A stretch of 64,000 bases of DNA from Daphnia carinata (taxonomy: Eukaryota), in the NCBI RefSeq assembly GCF_022539665.2, contig NC_081332.1, forward strand, positions 2,046,001 through 2,110,000, read 5' to 3'. Below are positions 13,047 through 34,902 of this stretch, in pieces. Position 1 is the first letter of the stretch, and the number at the start of each line of letters is the position of its first letter. The position numbers were made by a program, and so were the translations under genes. The notes beneath the pieces are model-generated. The model saw only the letters and a program-made list of their open reading frames with translations, made no database searches and was not told where the DNA came from.

Positions 13047-13945
13047 TTTCAAGATTTCGATTGTTCCTTGGAGGCATCTAGCGATAGAATATTGTAGCCG
13101 TTTACAGATATTCTGGCCTCGCCCAATTCCAGTCGTACCCCGCGGGCTTTACGTGTTTTTTCTGCATTGTATACAATCTATACATATATACAAAGGCTTG
13201 TTACTTTTCTCCTCCCAGTCTAGCCCGGTCATGGGGTTTGTGTATGATTGTGGAGCTCGAATCAACAGGCACTAAGTTTTTGCTTAACGAAACTGTGTAC
13301 GAGCTGTGCAGACATTCCACGAAAAATTCTTGTGGTTGCGCTATTCACGATCGTTCTTCATCTGGTTTGTTTTTTAGTGTTAGTTTAAAAATCATCCCGC
13401 CCTACAGTGCGTAGACAGTCAGTCGTGTCAGTCAACAATAAATGGAGAAGTGACGGTGTGTGCGCAGCTGATTCTTAGCGATTTAAGCGATTCGTGATGT
13501 CTGGTGACTAAAGGGTGTGCCGAATTGTGTCCCATTAACCATTGTTATTGAGTCTGCTTAATAGTGTCAAAGCTGCATTGTAACCGTGCATTTCGAAATG
13601 AAACGATGACGTCAAAGCCGTGCTCACCTTCCCAGTAGAAAACCCAGGAAAAGGGAGAGCCAGCGAACGTGTTTTTACCTTTGGCAGAGGGAAAACCAAA
13701 GTGCCCTCAAGCAAAAGAGAAATTAGGTTTGTTTTTTATTTATTTTTTGTTTTTTTGTTTTCTCTAGTTAGACGTGCTGATGTGACCGTCATTTCTTAAA
13801 GCATTCCACAACTCTTAACCAAACTCATTTCACTGTGCCGCTTTCTGTGCCGGCCTTGGTGGTTTCCTACCGAAACTGATCGTGCTACCGAACGTGATCC
13901 TGCAAATAGTGTGGAAAGGAATCTCATACGCCCCGTGACGACAAA

Positions 13946-21849
<7,904 letters not shown>

Positions 21850-24800
21850 TGACACAACCCACATCTTATCACGCTTTGTTTGTTGAGTGTCTGCGACTTT
21901 TGTTGATTCATTGGTGTGTGTGTGTACATCATGCCTGTAAGGTTTCCCGAGTTTACATCAATTACGCGCCTAAACGCGCCGTTGTCGTAACGGACAGTGA
22001 TTAAAAGCCACAGTTCCAGAGCTTGTCATTACGGCTACCTTTCGTTTAGATTAGTTAACAAAATGTAGAGTCAAATGTGAATGTAATCAGATTTTAAGAA
22101 AAGAAATGTTTGCAACGTTTTAACAACCGCTACTTTGCTAAGGTTTTACGCATCCAACGTTTTATCAGTTGACATGAAACAGGGCATTGGTCGCACGACG
22201 CAGTTGAACCAACTGCGTCGTCTGCATTCCTGACCAACTTCCTCTTACGGTTCGTTTAAAACGAAGAACGTTTCCCTCAATTTTATTTGGGGTATATGGA
22301 AAAGCAGAAGAGTATTTTTGCTTAGCCAAAGCCAAAATATGATTATTATTATCGTTGTATTATTGTTGCCAGCCATTGCCGAAAAACGTACCTTTCATTT
22401 GTGTAACTGTAGTGCTTAATCGTGCAAGTGTAATATTCATGTTTTTGCCAAAAGTATCAGCGGACAACATTCCCAAATATTTTGAAACGTTATCACGATT
22501 GTTTTGACTCTTTGCCCTCAACTTCATACACGACATTTTTTTTTCTCCCCCCATTAATACACACATTTATGAAAATATTTTAATGGTAAAAAAAAAATAA
22601 TAATTCGCTTTCTCCCTTCTATCTTCTCGTATACACCAGCAATTAGGGTAATCTATTTCCATTCCATTACATGATGGGATATATGCCGACTATAGTCCAT
22701 TGCTGACAAGCGGCGTTTTTACGCTTAGCCATAAGACGAAGAGGGGAGATTGGGGGGGGGGGGGGGGGAGACGGTGTGTAGTTTATTAAAAGGACCGCGG
22801 GTCCGAGCATATTAAACATCCAACATTACATGCGACTAAGAAAAAAAAAAGCTTTTGCTCGTAAAAACGAATAGTCTAGCAAAACAAACAGTGAGAGACG
22901 AGACGCATGAAAATATATACCGTAACCCCTTTTTCGGGGTAGTAAGAAAGAACAAAATATATATATATATATATATATTTACGTAAAAGAGGGGAAATTT
23001 ACTTCTTTTTTCTGCTCATGAGGGAAAAGTTTAAAAAGAAGTCGGCATGGTAGAGTTTTAAAAATAGATTAATGATAATAAGAAAATTCAGTGGGGGGGA
23101 AATTGGCTTTAGATAATGACCCTAACCAGCCCATTAGCTGTAGCTACGGGTGTTCTCTCTCTTATTTTTTTTTCATCCCACCTTCTCCTCTTCTTCTTTT
23201 TGAATATTATCTTTTTGATTTAAATGAAATTTCTTGTACAAGAAAAAAAATTGCTAAAATGTAATTACAACGTCGTCTGCTTTGAAAGTTAACTCTAGAA
23301 GAGAAAACAGTTCGTGCTTTAGAACGAAAATAGACCCTCATTTATAGTATTTAAAGCAGTTGTTTTTGTGGTCATGTTTGGAAACATTGTTGATTTAAAT
23401 CTCGTGTTTCTAAAAAAAAATACATTAGCCCAATGACCCAGTATCGGCTTAGACATAGCAAAAAAGGGTAGCGGGTGCGACCCACCCAGTGAGCACAGCA
23501 GAACCCGTAAATCCTCTTCGTTAAAAATCGGAAAAGCTTAAAAAAAAAAAAAAAAGATTTTGGATTTTAATGAGTTGACCCCCAATTGCTGTTTGCTTTT
23601 TCTTCATCATCTACGGAACTATGGAAAAGAAGCAATTAACTAACGAATCGGATCGATTTACGATGGAGCCAATCGGCGCCTTTTTTTTACGTTCGTTCAT
23701 GTATCCAACATTCTTTTTCAAAACAAATCCAGTGGTAAACCGTAACGTGTGTCATCACAAAAAAGAAAAAAGCTTTTGAAACGTCCGAGTGTTTGCAGGT
23801 CCTGAAATCATGCAACCAGGTGCATTTTGAATCTCTGCCTGGCAACACGTCACTTTGTTTTTTGAGAAGGCAGACAGGCAGCGCCACCGCCACTCGCCAC
23901 CATAACAAACCCCCGAACCAAACACTAAACTTCGTCCATTCGTCCTTGGGAAAAAAGGCAACCGAACTCGTTTTCCACGTTTCCCCTACAGGTTATAAAA
24001 ACAAACTCGATTTTACAAAGGGGCCTCAACCCGTTCGATTGTGTCTTTTATGATTTCCTTCGAGGGATTCGTAAAAAAAAAAAATAACAAATCTTGATGT
24101 GGCCATCGAAGATGAGAATAGAGAGAAGCCCTCGTCCGTGATTCTCTCTCGTTTTTGTGATAACCAAATGGGAACTTTTTTTTTCTATAGGAAGCGTTCA
24201 CAATACAACCTTCGAAAATATCCTCCCCCCTTCTCGCTCTCTCATTGTTATATATTTATTTTTTTCGTTCGGAAAATGTTAACCTTGATCTCAAATCACT
24301 GCCAGTAGAAAAAAATGGGGTTGTTCAGAATTCAACACCAGCGTGAACGCGTTGCTGCTGCTGTTTGTGTGTATATGCCAGTATAGCACCACACACACTA
24401 CTAGTATTGAGTGTGGTAAAAACTTCGGCTGGCCCATGTGTTATCCATCATCTTCTTAGCGCATTTTTCTTGAGCCTTTTTTTTTCAAGTGTTTTATTTT
24501 TTTTTTTTCTTCTTCTTCTTTCGTTTTTATCCCCCCTTCCGTTAAGAAATAAATAACAGTGCCCATGCTGTACATTCGAGCCGTGTCTGGAAAAGATGTT
24601 GTCTGAGTGGTTTCTTGTTTATAAAAGATCTCCGTCTCTTTTTTTCTACACGCTTAACACTCAACAAACCATACGGGCTGCAGTTGTAATAAGTCCGGCC
24701 CCTCCATATGCATATTTAGGGCCTTTTTCTTTCTATGGACACACCGGAAAATAGAATAAAAGGACTGTCATATCCAAGACAGTCGGAAAGACATCGGGAG

Positions 24801-26521
24801 AGGTTGACATCAACCTGCTGACATTTCTCATGCAGCGTGCAAAGAAGAGAGATTTCAAAAAAAAAAAAAAAATATATGTGTTGGATAGATTTCAAGCCGT
24901 TGGCTGTCATCCGCATAAAAGAACTTCTTTGGTTAAAGTCCTCGCCTTAAAATAATGTAATGGATAGGCATGTCGGTTGAAAAAAAGGAAATTTCGATGG
25001 AATCGTCTTTCTGTTGTGACCCATAACCGAGAAGGAACAACACAGAAAAGAAGAGGGTTCCCTTTTTTTTTTTATTGCAGTATGTCTTGCGTGTCTTGGT
25101 TGGGGGAAACAAAAAATCACGTTGCCCCAGGTGATGAAACATGGCTCACGTTTTCCTTATCTTCTTTTCAAATGCAGGCAGGGGAAGAGAGTAAACACTA
25201 GTTTTTCATTCTTTCTATCTTCTTCTCTTTCTGTTTTCGATTTCGGTTCCGAAGAAATTAATTCCAACAAAATATGTTTCGAATATTATGTTTTGTGGTT
25301 AAGAGTGGTTCTAAGATGGTCAAGACAAAACAGGGGGGAACGAAGCATAGCAGAGTTGGATTTCGTCTCCACCAGATGTCCAATATTTTTGTTCGTGTTG
25401 CGACGAGTTGTTGAACCGCCTTTCTCGGCGGGAAAAGTTGCGTTCACCTTTCGACCGTTCAGTGGCCTCTTCACGCTGCTGCACAGACCCAGGAAAAGAA
25501 AAAAACAAGAATTTTGTTCATCCATTCTCTTGTTTTGTTTTTCTTCTTAAAAAAAAAAAAAGAAAAAATCCTTTAAACCAGTTGCTGTCGCTCGTTCTCC
25601 TTGAGCACTAAGCAGAAAACGGGTGTTGATCCCGGCCAACTATTGCACGCCTCCCTTCTTTTATTCTGCCCTCGAGGCTTGTTCTCATCAGCTGCGGTTC
25701 GTTACCTCTCAGTGTGTTTCGTTCATTTTCAGCATTTTTTTTTTATCTTTTCAAATAGCTGATGAAAAGAAATGTTTTGTTGCCGATAAGTGTGGTAACG
25801 TCTTGACCTTGACCAATACACTATTCACGTTCACGACTTTTCTACATGGAAGAATTTAAAAAATATAAACATCTGCTTGTTGCAGCAATGCTGATTTGAT
25901 TTCAAGTCATTTGCGTTTGATACCAATTGGTCGGTGTTCTTCGCATAAGCAGGGACGATTGTTGACCAAGAGCTGTTGCGTTTGACCAAAACGAGTTATG
26001 CATGAACAAGTCGACGAACCCTTTCTTGTTACAAAACACGAATGATTGAAACCTGTCCAACTGACGTTTTCCTAGGTTTATTACTCAGTTGTAAAGACTA
26101 AATCACTGAAATTGGAGAGCAAAGGCTTAAACGTGAAGAGTTTTAGTGGGGTGAGGAGGAGTCGGTTCCAAGAAACCCCAAATTAAACGGATTATTTTCT
26201 TTACGGACCTCTTTTTTTTTTCAATGCTGGGAAATGGTAAACAAGTGAGCCAGTTCATTCCGTACCCCCAAAAAAACCATTAACATTTGATCTTATGTGT
26301 TTAGCTGATAAACAAATAGTACAAGACATAATCTATTTTCGAAAGATTGATGAATGGATTTGTGTGGGAAGGAATGTCCAGAAACATAAGTGATTCTCTA
26401 CCACCCAACTCTTTTGAAAAAAAAAAAAAAACAACATACCTGACATTTCTGCAAAAACTGACCGCCAAAAAAATGTTGCCATCCTTTAAAGAAACACTGA
26501 ACGTTGTGGGTTATGTGTAGG

Positions 26522-26599
26522 TAGCGAAATCCTCCAGCACACAAACTATTTTTTGGGGAATAGCGAAATCCTCCAACACACAAACTATTTTTTTGGGAC
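26522..26599. repeat. Two-copy 39-bp tandem duplication
   Basis: TAGCGAAATCCTCCA(G/A)CACACAAACTATTTTTT(G/T)GGGA at 26522 and 26561. Confidence 0.9.
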
Positions 26600-28756
26600 T
26601 CCCATCTGCGTCTTCTGCTATAAACCCTTTTTTCCCACGTTGCAAAACGTTTTCATGGGAACGAAAACATTTTTTTGTTGTCATTTTTTTTTTACTTCTC
26701 CTTTGCAAAAATACAACCCTCCCAAAAAAAATCTCGACCTTATAATGGGACATTCTTTGCCTGTCACAAATCTGTTTTTGACGTTACATTTTTTTTTGTG
26801 GTTGGGGGTGAGGATGACCCTTTCACCTAGAACATGGCGCCCCTTCCGACATACTAACAATCCAAATAATTTCTTATTTTTCGGCAAAATCTCCAAAGAT
26901 TTAATTGAACGTATTTGATGTACATAATTGAAACTTGTTTGAAAATGAAAGAATGTCGTTGGGAACGATCGTGTCATTTTCTTTTAAATCTGATTTGGCA
27001 ACGTCTCTGATAAAGTTTCTTAAACTGTCAGTGGAATTTGACATTCGCTTTGACATTTTTTCGAATAATAATTCCAGTTCAACTTCTACCATACGAGTCT
27101 AGAAAAAATGTTTCTTTCCAAAATAAAAACCCTGAAAATAACTCGATAGGGTTTATTATTATTCAGTCAAGGGACAACTATTTTCTCCCCCTCCCTTTTT
27201 TTGGCTTTCTCCTGGACGACAGCTAACCGAGCGAGCAGTAAATCCTGCCGTTCACAGTTGGTGTTTTTTTTTTCTGGGGCGAATGTGTCGAGGATTGTTT
27301 CTTGTGTTCTCAAAGTACGATCTCGATCAATGATAAGCAACCCCCCCTCCAAAAAAGAAGTGGGGATCCCAGGGAGTCCCACTGGTGATATTCAATGTTT
27401 TGGTGTCCAGGAACCCTTCATCTTTTTTTTTTTTTTCTCTTTGACAGCCATTTCGACCTGATGATGGTTTTGACCTGGACACCAAAGGGAAATGAGCAGA
27501 CATTGAGCCAATTAAGAGCGCCATGTCCACACACATGAAGCAAAGCGAACCATCACCAAACATTTCTTTTTTTAAAGTAAAAAAGATGATTTCCGTTTGA
27601 TAAGCGTCACGTTCATCGATGCATCAGCCGACATTTTTCCGACACAACCAGTAGGCGTGACCTTTTTTTTTCTGCACAACGCTATCCGCCGCCAGAGTTC
27701 TCCAGTAGGCCAAAGTCGGCGAACTCGATATCTGCCAATTTCGTTTTTTTTTTCTTTCAAACGAGTCAAGATCGGAATGCAAAACTACAACAACCGAGAG
27801 AAAAAAGAAATGGCCGTTAAACATTTTTTGTTCAAGTTTCTTGTTGAAGAAAACCATTCTTTCAAGAAAAGAATCACTCTCCAAGAGGGAGAAAGGTTTC
27901 GATGGAATAATGTGTTGAGAAAACCCGTTCGACCGTCCGTTTTCCCTTCTTCTTCCAGTTTGAAAAGAATCAAAAGCCATCAAAAGAAAAGAAAAGAACA
28001 TGTTCGCTTCGAAACACCCTCTGTGTATGCATTCGAAACGACTTTTTTCGGGGTGGTTTTGTATATGTTGGGGTGAAGAGAGAGAAAAAAAAAAAAAGAA
28101 ACCCACGTGCGTTCTTACTTCCCAACCAAACGTCATCTGAAATTCAAGATGGCCGCGTGTGGCAAACGAATCAACTGTAGGTTTTTTCTTTTTCCAAACC
28201 CTCCCTCCCTACAGTCTATAGAACATTTGCACTCCACCCACTTGTATTCTTTCGTTGGGCTCTTGACTTTTGTGGTCTAAAATTACACAGAATTTTTTTT
28301 TCTTACAAGATGCAACACAACCAAAGCGGATTTTTTTCTTTCTCGGCGGCTGTTAACGTAGGAAATAAACCTCCGAAAAAAGGGGGGGGGGGGAGGCCTT
28401 CTTTCTTCAAGAAGGGCGAGAGTGATATGAGTCACTCCTTTTTGCGTCTCCTCCTCCTCACACAAGAAACGACGGGCACGCGTCCAAAAACATATGGGGA
28501 ATTTTTAGATTTCTTTTTTTTCTCTCATAAAAGAGGAGGAATACACCGCCGCTTCATTAAAAAAACTGGAATAAATTATGAATTCATAAACTTTCGTGTT
28601 ATTTTCTTCGTCTTCTCCCGTATCTAATCGGGAATGCAGCAAATGAGATGCACGTGAAGTTTTTAGGTATAAGAAAAAAGGGTACTTTTGATTACTGAGC
28701 CGCGTGTGCGTTAGGGCCAAACCGAAGGAACCTCGTAATTCTTTAGCAACAGATTT

Positions 28757-28758
<2 letters not shown>

Positions 28759-28815
<57 letters not shown>
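28759..28815 (+). repeat. Poly-G homopolymer (57 nt)
   Basis: Uninterrupted G run. Confidence 0.95.
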
Positions 28816-28816
<1 letters not shown>

Positions 28817-31800
28817 GAGGAAAAAAGAAAAAAAAAGAAGATCTATCACCTGAGAGATGGGGGCGTTCGTCTGTCAAGACCCCCTAGCGGAATAGGGAGG
28901 AGTATGCTTACTTATGGGGATAACGTGTGTGTGTATGTGTACGGTCCCTATCTGTCGTGTTTTGAGGGCTAAGCACAAAACCACGTCCACTACACTTAAT
29001 TGCACTCATCAAACATCAACGTTTTGATGTTACGTTTGCTCGTTTATTGAGCATTTTCTCTCTCCCCTCCTCCTTAAACAAAAAAACTCATGTGTCTCTT
29101 CCTACCTTTTCGCTGTAAATTGTGTGTCTAACATTATAATATATCCACGTAACAACCATATGGTTAAGAGAAAAAATCATATTTTTTTTTTTTTTGTAAT
29201 AAAGATGATTATCCATCTAGGCATTCAATCTTACGAAAGAACAAAAATTTACATTTTTTAAGGCTTGAAAAATATTCATAAAAAAAGGCCGGGAATAAAT
29301 AACATTCCTAAAATATAAGATGATACCGGATTTCGAATCCAGCTTTTACCTAAAGGATTTTTTTTTTCTTAACCGACAAGAACTTTTTATGTAGTAGGGT
29401 TGATTTTTTTAGAAGATAATAAATTCTTTTTTTCTCCAGCTCGTTTTTCGTCTAACAAAATCCCCAGTCATAAAACAGACGAAGAAATATTTTTTTTCTG
29501 GGAGAACTAGAAAACCTGGTTAGGGTATTTTTCTTTTAAAAGACTCGTTAAAAAAAATAGAACTTAGGCTCCATCGTATCCCTGTCTAGCAAAACGCATT
29601 TTAATGTCTTACGTTACGTCAGTTTAAGAGGGGTTCAAAAAAAGAGCAGAGCGGATTAAGTCCTCTAATAGGACCCTCTTATCGGTTTATGTTTTAAAAA
29701 AAATATTATTAAAAAAAAAAGAAAATTTCTTGCTTTTTATAGTCTCGTTCGGGAGGTCCTTTCGAGATTGAGGTCACACCTCAGATACATCTTCTCCCTC
29801 AACGATGTTGGATAAAAAAAAAAGAACGAGGATGGATCAATGCCTAAAGGCGACCGCAAACGCGTTGGAGAGTCTAACGTAAAGCTGTCCAACCGAAAAA
29901 AAAAAAAAAAAATAGAAAGAGAAAAAATTTACATATTTTTTCAAATGGGCGTCTTTGCATCTACGGCCGTAGAAGAAAAAACATTCAAAAAATAAAACAT
30001 TACTCGTGCATGACAACCGTGAACTTGCCGACATAGTCGCGGGAAAAAATTGAAAAAAAAAAGAAATCTAAAATCTTAGCTTTTTTGATGGATGTGATAG
30101 AAGTGGATAGTACGGTTGGGGATATACACACGAATGCGGGCATAATTACACGGTGCGCAAATCGGATGGAATTCACGGCTGACGCAAGCGTTACCTTCAA
30201 ATACAGTTATTATTTCCTATCCGTATCCGAAACGCTTATCGATCACCTCAGGTGTGGATAACTTTCACCTGTTTTTTTTAAATTGTTTATGATTGATCGT
30301 TGAAACGTTTAAAAACCAAGAGAAAAAATATTATTGGGTTTCACTTTGTTTTCTTTCCCAATTAAAACACGTGTTTTTTTTTTTTAGTCTTGTAAAGATA
30401 GCCGTAAAAAAAATATTATTTTTTATTTCTCTAAACTTAAGCAATAAAATGAAAAATCCCGAATTTCAGTTGAAATAAATAAATAGAAAAAAAGGCAATT
30501 TTTTATGAGTTTTTTTTTTTTTTTTCAAAACTTACTATATTGGGGGGTTATAAGAAGGCTGAGCAAAAAAGGCGAGAGCAACACCTCGGTTGATTGGAGC
30601 TATCGACTCACCTTGTGATTTATGCCCAATTTCATTTTTGGTTTTTCAAAATCTCTTCTCTCGCTGTGTGGAACATGAAACGGAAAGAGGGCGAGCACAG
30701 GTGCGGCAAAACGAAAGGCCTGAAAATGACATCATCGTAAGCATAATAAAACTGTCTATTTGGCTAGTGCTCTCCATTTTCTTTCTTTCTTTCTTTCCTT
30801 TCTTCTTCTTCAAAAAAGCGATCGATATTTATACCTGAAGAACATAACGTCATCATCTGGATAGGGCGGAGCGAACAGGTGATGACCAAATGGAACAAAC
30901 TCAACTAAAAAAAATCGGGACATTTGGCGCGCTTCACTTGAAAAAGGTAACAAGAGACTTAGCTCAAAAAGAAGAGGCCGGCCAGTACACACTTGACCAT
31001 TTGGGTAGCGAAGTAAAAACAGGTCCATTTACCTTTCCCTTCTTCGAACAAACCTGCTGCTTCTGCAGCACGAAGAAGAGAAAAAAAAAAAAAGTTCTTT
31101 GCAGCTGCTTCCGTTAGACACCCGTGCTGGCCCTGCTGTTATGGAGGTCAATTTTTATATTTTTTTTTTTTCCCTATCGGACCCAATAACTGGCCCGCTT
31201 CCTTCCCCTCGTCTTGTCACCTGCCACCATATGACTCTCGGCTCTCCTATTTTTCAAGTATTTATGTCTTTGTTGTCCACACCTGCTCTTTTTTTTCTTT
31301 TCGGAGGGCCTCCACTAAGAAATCGGATATAGGCTAACCTATAGCACACACACACACACACACAAGGTATACCGCTCGCTTCCTATTATTGTTTAGTGTG
31401 GTTGTGTTGTTTTGTACAGAGAAAGCCCGCCAAGATTTTTTTTTTCAGTACAGTCGCTATAATGTCGTGAATCTTAACGGGATTCAGATTTATTTATGAC
31501 GAACCTTTTGATTTAAATCAAACTCTTTTTTTTTTTAAGATGTAACGGTATTGCGAAATCTCAAACGAATGGTGATGAAATGGAGAGCATGGGAAATTAT
31601 CTTTTTAATTTTCTAAAATGAGTTCGGCTTTTCGTTTGAGAGAAGCGGTGCACATCTTGTTGGTTCAACAAGAATTTTTTTCTTGTTTCCCATCATTTTC
31701 AAGAGAGAATAAGTTGCAGTTTAAGAATTTTTCTTTTATGGCTTATTATCCCACGGTAACATTCTTGCACTGGAAAGAATTTCATGATAAAAAAAAAAAG

Positions 31801-33702
31801 GCCGCGGCTCAGATTCGATTAAATGAAGTAAAAAAAAAAAAGGTATTCTTTCTTTTTTTTTTTTAAAGAAAGGTATATATGCAGAGTATTATATATAACC
31901 CCAGTTTTCTCTTATCAATGAAGAGGATCCGTCCAAGAATTTTCGATCAAAAAAAAAAAAAAAAAAAAAGACTGGGATGGATTGATAGATTCTCCTCCCC
32001 ATTCCGGTTGTATGAGTTTCAAGTCAGCAAAAAAAAAAATGGATATTATAAAGATGGAAGAGGGGAAAAAAAAACACGGTACGATTGGGAAAAAAAAAAA
32101 AAGAAAGCGAGTTCCAGTCGATTAAATCAAAGACATTCTTTCATCTGTTTGAAGAGCAGGTGTGGTTGGTTTCTTCTCTCTCTTTGGTGGTAGTTGTTCT
32201 TTTTCTACCCCTCAAAAAAAAAAAAAAAAAAAACACATCCAAGTCCATCATACGTTGGAGGCTGGGGATTGTTTCCAGCCGAAAATATTTTCCCCTCTAC
32301 TTCAATGGCCATCAAAAGGTAATTCATCTCTTTTGTTGGATGTAGTAGTAGCAAAAAAAGGGGGGAACAAGATGGCGAAGAATAGAAAGAAAAAAACGGA
32401 AGAAAAGCTTTTTTTCAAGTTAGCTGTGACTGATGACGCGTTGAAAATCCCCTAGATCAGCTCTCTCTCTCTCATTTTCACCGGAAGAATACCTATAGAT
32501 CTATTTTTTTTTTTTCTATACCACCCCCACCTTCCACTTTTTTATTTGAATAAAACAGCTCCCGGCAGGACATCCCAAAAACGTGTACATAGTTTGTGTG
32601 TGTATATATTGAAAGAAAGGGCCCTGGAGCATTGACACTTTGGCGGATTTCAATAGGGGTTTCAATCACAATGGCGTTCTGTAAAGAATAGGAAAAAAAA
32701 CGTAGTTGTTAAAAAAAAAAAAAAAATTCATTGTGACTATTTTTACGATAGTTCCGTTCATTGAACAAAACGTGTCCTCTTCCCAATCGATTGTCAAAGG
32801 AAAGACCAAACGGCCCCATTTTCGGGGTGCACCTGGTCGTTCTCAAGAAACGCTTTCCATGACCATTAAGAACTTTGAAATTTTTTTTGGTTGATTTCTG
32901 AATTGATTGTATTCTCAGTTACGTGATAGATATATATATGTGTATATATAATTGTAAAAAAAAAAAACACTACGAAAACCGAAAGACAAAAAAAAAATAC
33001 AATTTTGGCAGCACGGAAATATATGAGAGGGGGGGAGAACCACTTGATTGGAAGAGAAAAAACAAAACAAAATTCGAGTGCGAGCGGGGGCTACGTGAAG
33101 CTCTTGGTGCCAATGGGGTGAGATCAGATCGAGCAAACAGGGACATCACAGACATTGGACACTCGACGTGCACGAAACACGTCGGGCTCGACACTTTTGG
33201 TTTATGACACGTGGTTTTTATTTTTCCCGCCACAAAAAAATAATTAAAAAAAAAAACAATGTATTATTTGGTTAAAAGAATGCGTTCCCCTCCTCCCCCT
33301 CTTTTTTTTTTGTTTCCTTTTGTCAAAATTAACATATATACAACAATTTCTAAACAACACGATCGAAGAATAATTTTTTTTTTCGCAAAACTTGGTGGGG
33401 ATTAAAAAAAACAAACATTTTCTTTTGTCTCGCTTCATTGAGCGCGCGATGGAGAGATCACATGACCTGGACGAAATCCAATTGAGATCAGGCCGAAATT
33501 ATTCATTTTTTTTTTCTTTTTCCCTCGTGGATTCTTTTTTTTTTTTTTTTTTTTTTTTTTGCTTTCTCATCCAACACCACCACACGCATATATAATTCTA
33601 TATATATATATTTATATATATATTTATATATAATTTGTTATTTTTCCCTCTGGTGTACATCATGCACGTCCGAGGATGCCTAACAGTCGTTGGAGAGCGA
33701 AT

Positions 33703-34902
33703 TCACGTTCGTCGCGCCTGAGGTGAGGACTGCGTCCGCAAGCGTTTGTTGTTAATGGACGACAAGGCACCAGAAGATGTTCGTTTGCGAGGTTGCAGGA
33801 ATTCTATTTGACAATTAAAAAAGAAAAGAGAAAGAAAACATTAAAAATCATGAACTGTTTTCCCATTGGTCAATTCGAAAAATGGCGCCAAAAAATCAGC
33901 CAATAGGGAACGACTCGCAATACAACTCCGCCCACAAGCTACATGCCCAGACACGTTTGGAAAGTTAGCCCAACGCGTCACGACTACACCTTTTAAATCA
34001 AAAAAAAAAAAAAAAAAAAAAAGGGAAGGAGAGATACCGGGATTCTTTAAAAATAAAGAGAGATTTCTCAAGGCAGACGTGAATCATAATTCACCCCGTT
34101 CTTATTGACGATGGGGTAGGGGAGATGCGTGATCGTCGAAAGAAGATTAGGATAACATGTGTTTGGGGTAGATGTAGCAGGGAAAATTTAAAAATAAGAG
34201 GAAGGGGAAGATAAAAAAGAAAACCTCGTGTCTGCTGGAAAGAAAATGAGGGGAAGAAATGTGGGGGGGGGGAGAGTTAAGGGTTTGAGGGTGAACACCT
34301 GCACCTCTTTCTCCCCCTTCTTGGAAGGGGTCGCGTCTTCCTTTCCCATAAAAAAGAAAAAGAACGGCGGGTTTTCAAGAGGGGAAAAAAATATATTAAT
34401 AAAATTTGAACCCCAGACAAGAAAAAGAAAGGCAGACAGTGTGTGAGTCACAAACCCGAAAAAAAAAATAAAAAGATAATTCTTCTCCCCCCCCCCTTAA
34501 ATTAATAAAAAAAAGGGGGGATGAAATTGTGTTGTGATTTTTACCTGTAATTTGCGATTGGCGTAAACGAGTTGGTGAAACGGGATCGTGCGTTTCCACG
34601 CGGTTGCATTGCGGTTCGGCGGGTTGCCATTTGAATTGGCCGTCCATGGGCTGTTCGCGGGCAAAGTCAAAGTTCCAACGCTGCGAGTCGGTTTCGGTTT
34701 GGCGTTGGAGCTCGGCGGCCGCCTGTTGCAGGGCTTCCTCCGGCGACGACGGTAAGCCAAACAGGCATCGTTTTACCCGTGACAAACAGCCCGTGTTGGG
34801 CACAATCCGCGGTCGTCCACCGCTGCTACCCAAACGGGTATACGAGGGCAACATCATCCTCACGTCGAGCGAAACGGGAGCGGCAAGAACTCGGGTACTC
34901 AT
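33703..34902 (-). CDS. dap: Cip/Kip cyclin-dependent kinase inhibitor, dacapo-like paralog 1 (~152 aa, 2 coding exons)
   Basis: Exon 1 34902-34545 (GCCATG start MSTRVL; cyclin-binding RVKRCLFG; CDI core WNFDFAREQPMDGQFKW; G|GTAAAA donor). Exon 2 33803-33703 after a TAG acceptor with polypyrimidine tract. Splicing gives QSQITEFLQPRKR...RRT*. Confidence 0.9.

Noticed and set aside
28505..28972. Poly-Pro and poly-Gly ORFs
   Set aside because: These are just translations of the G homopolymer.
31508..31523. Short AT-rich palindromes such as TTTGATTTAAATCAAA (also ~41000)
   Set aside because: Isolated and plausible by chance in AT-rich DNA.
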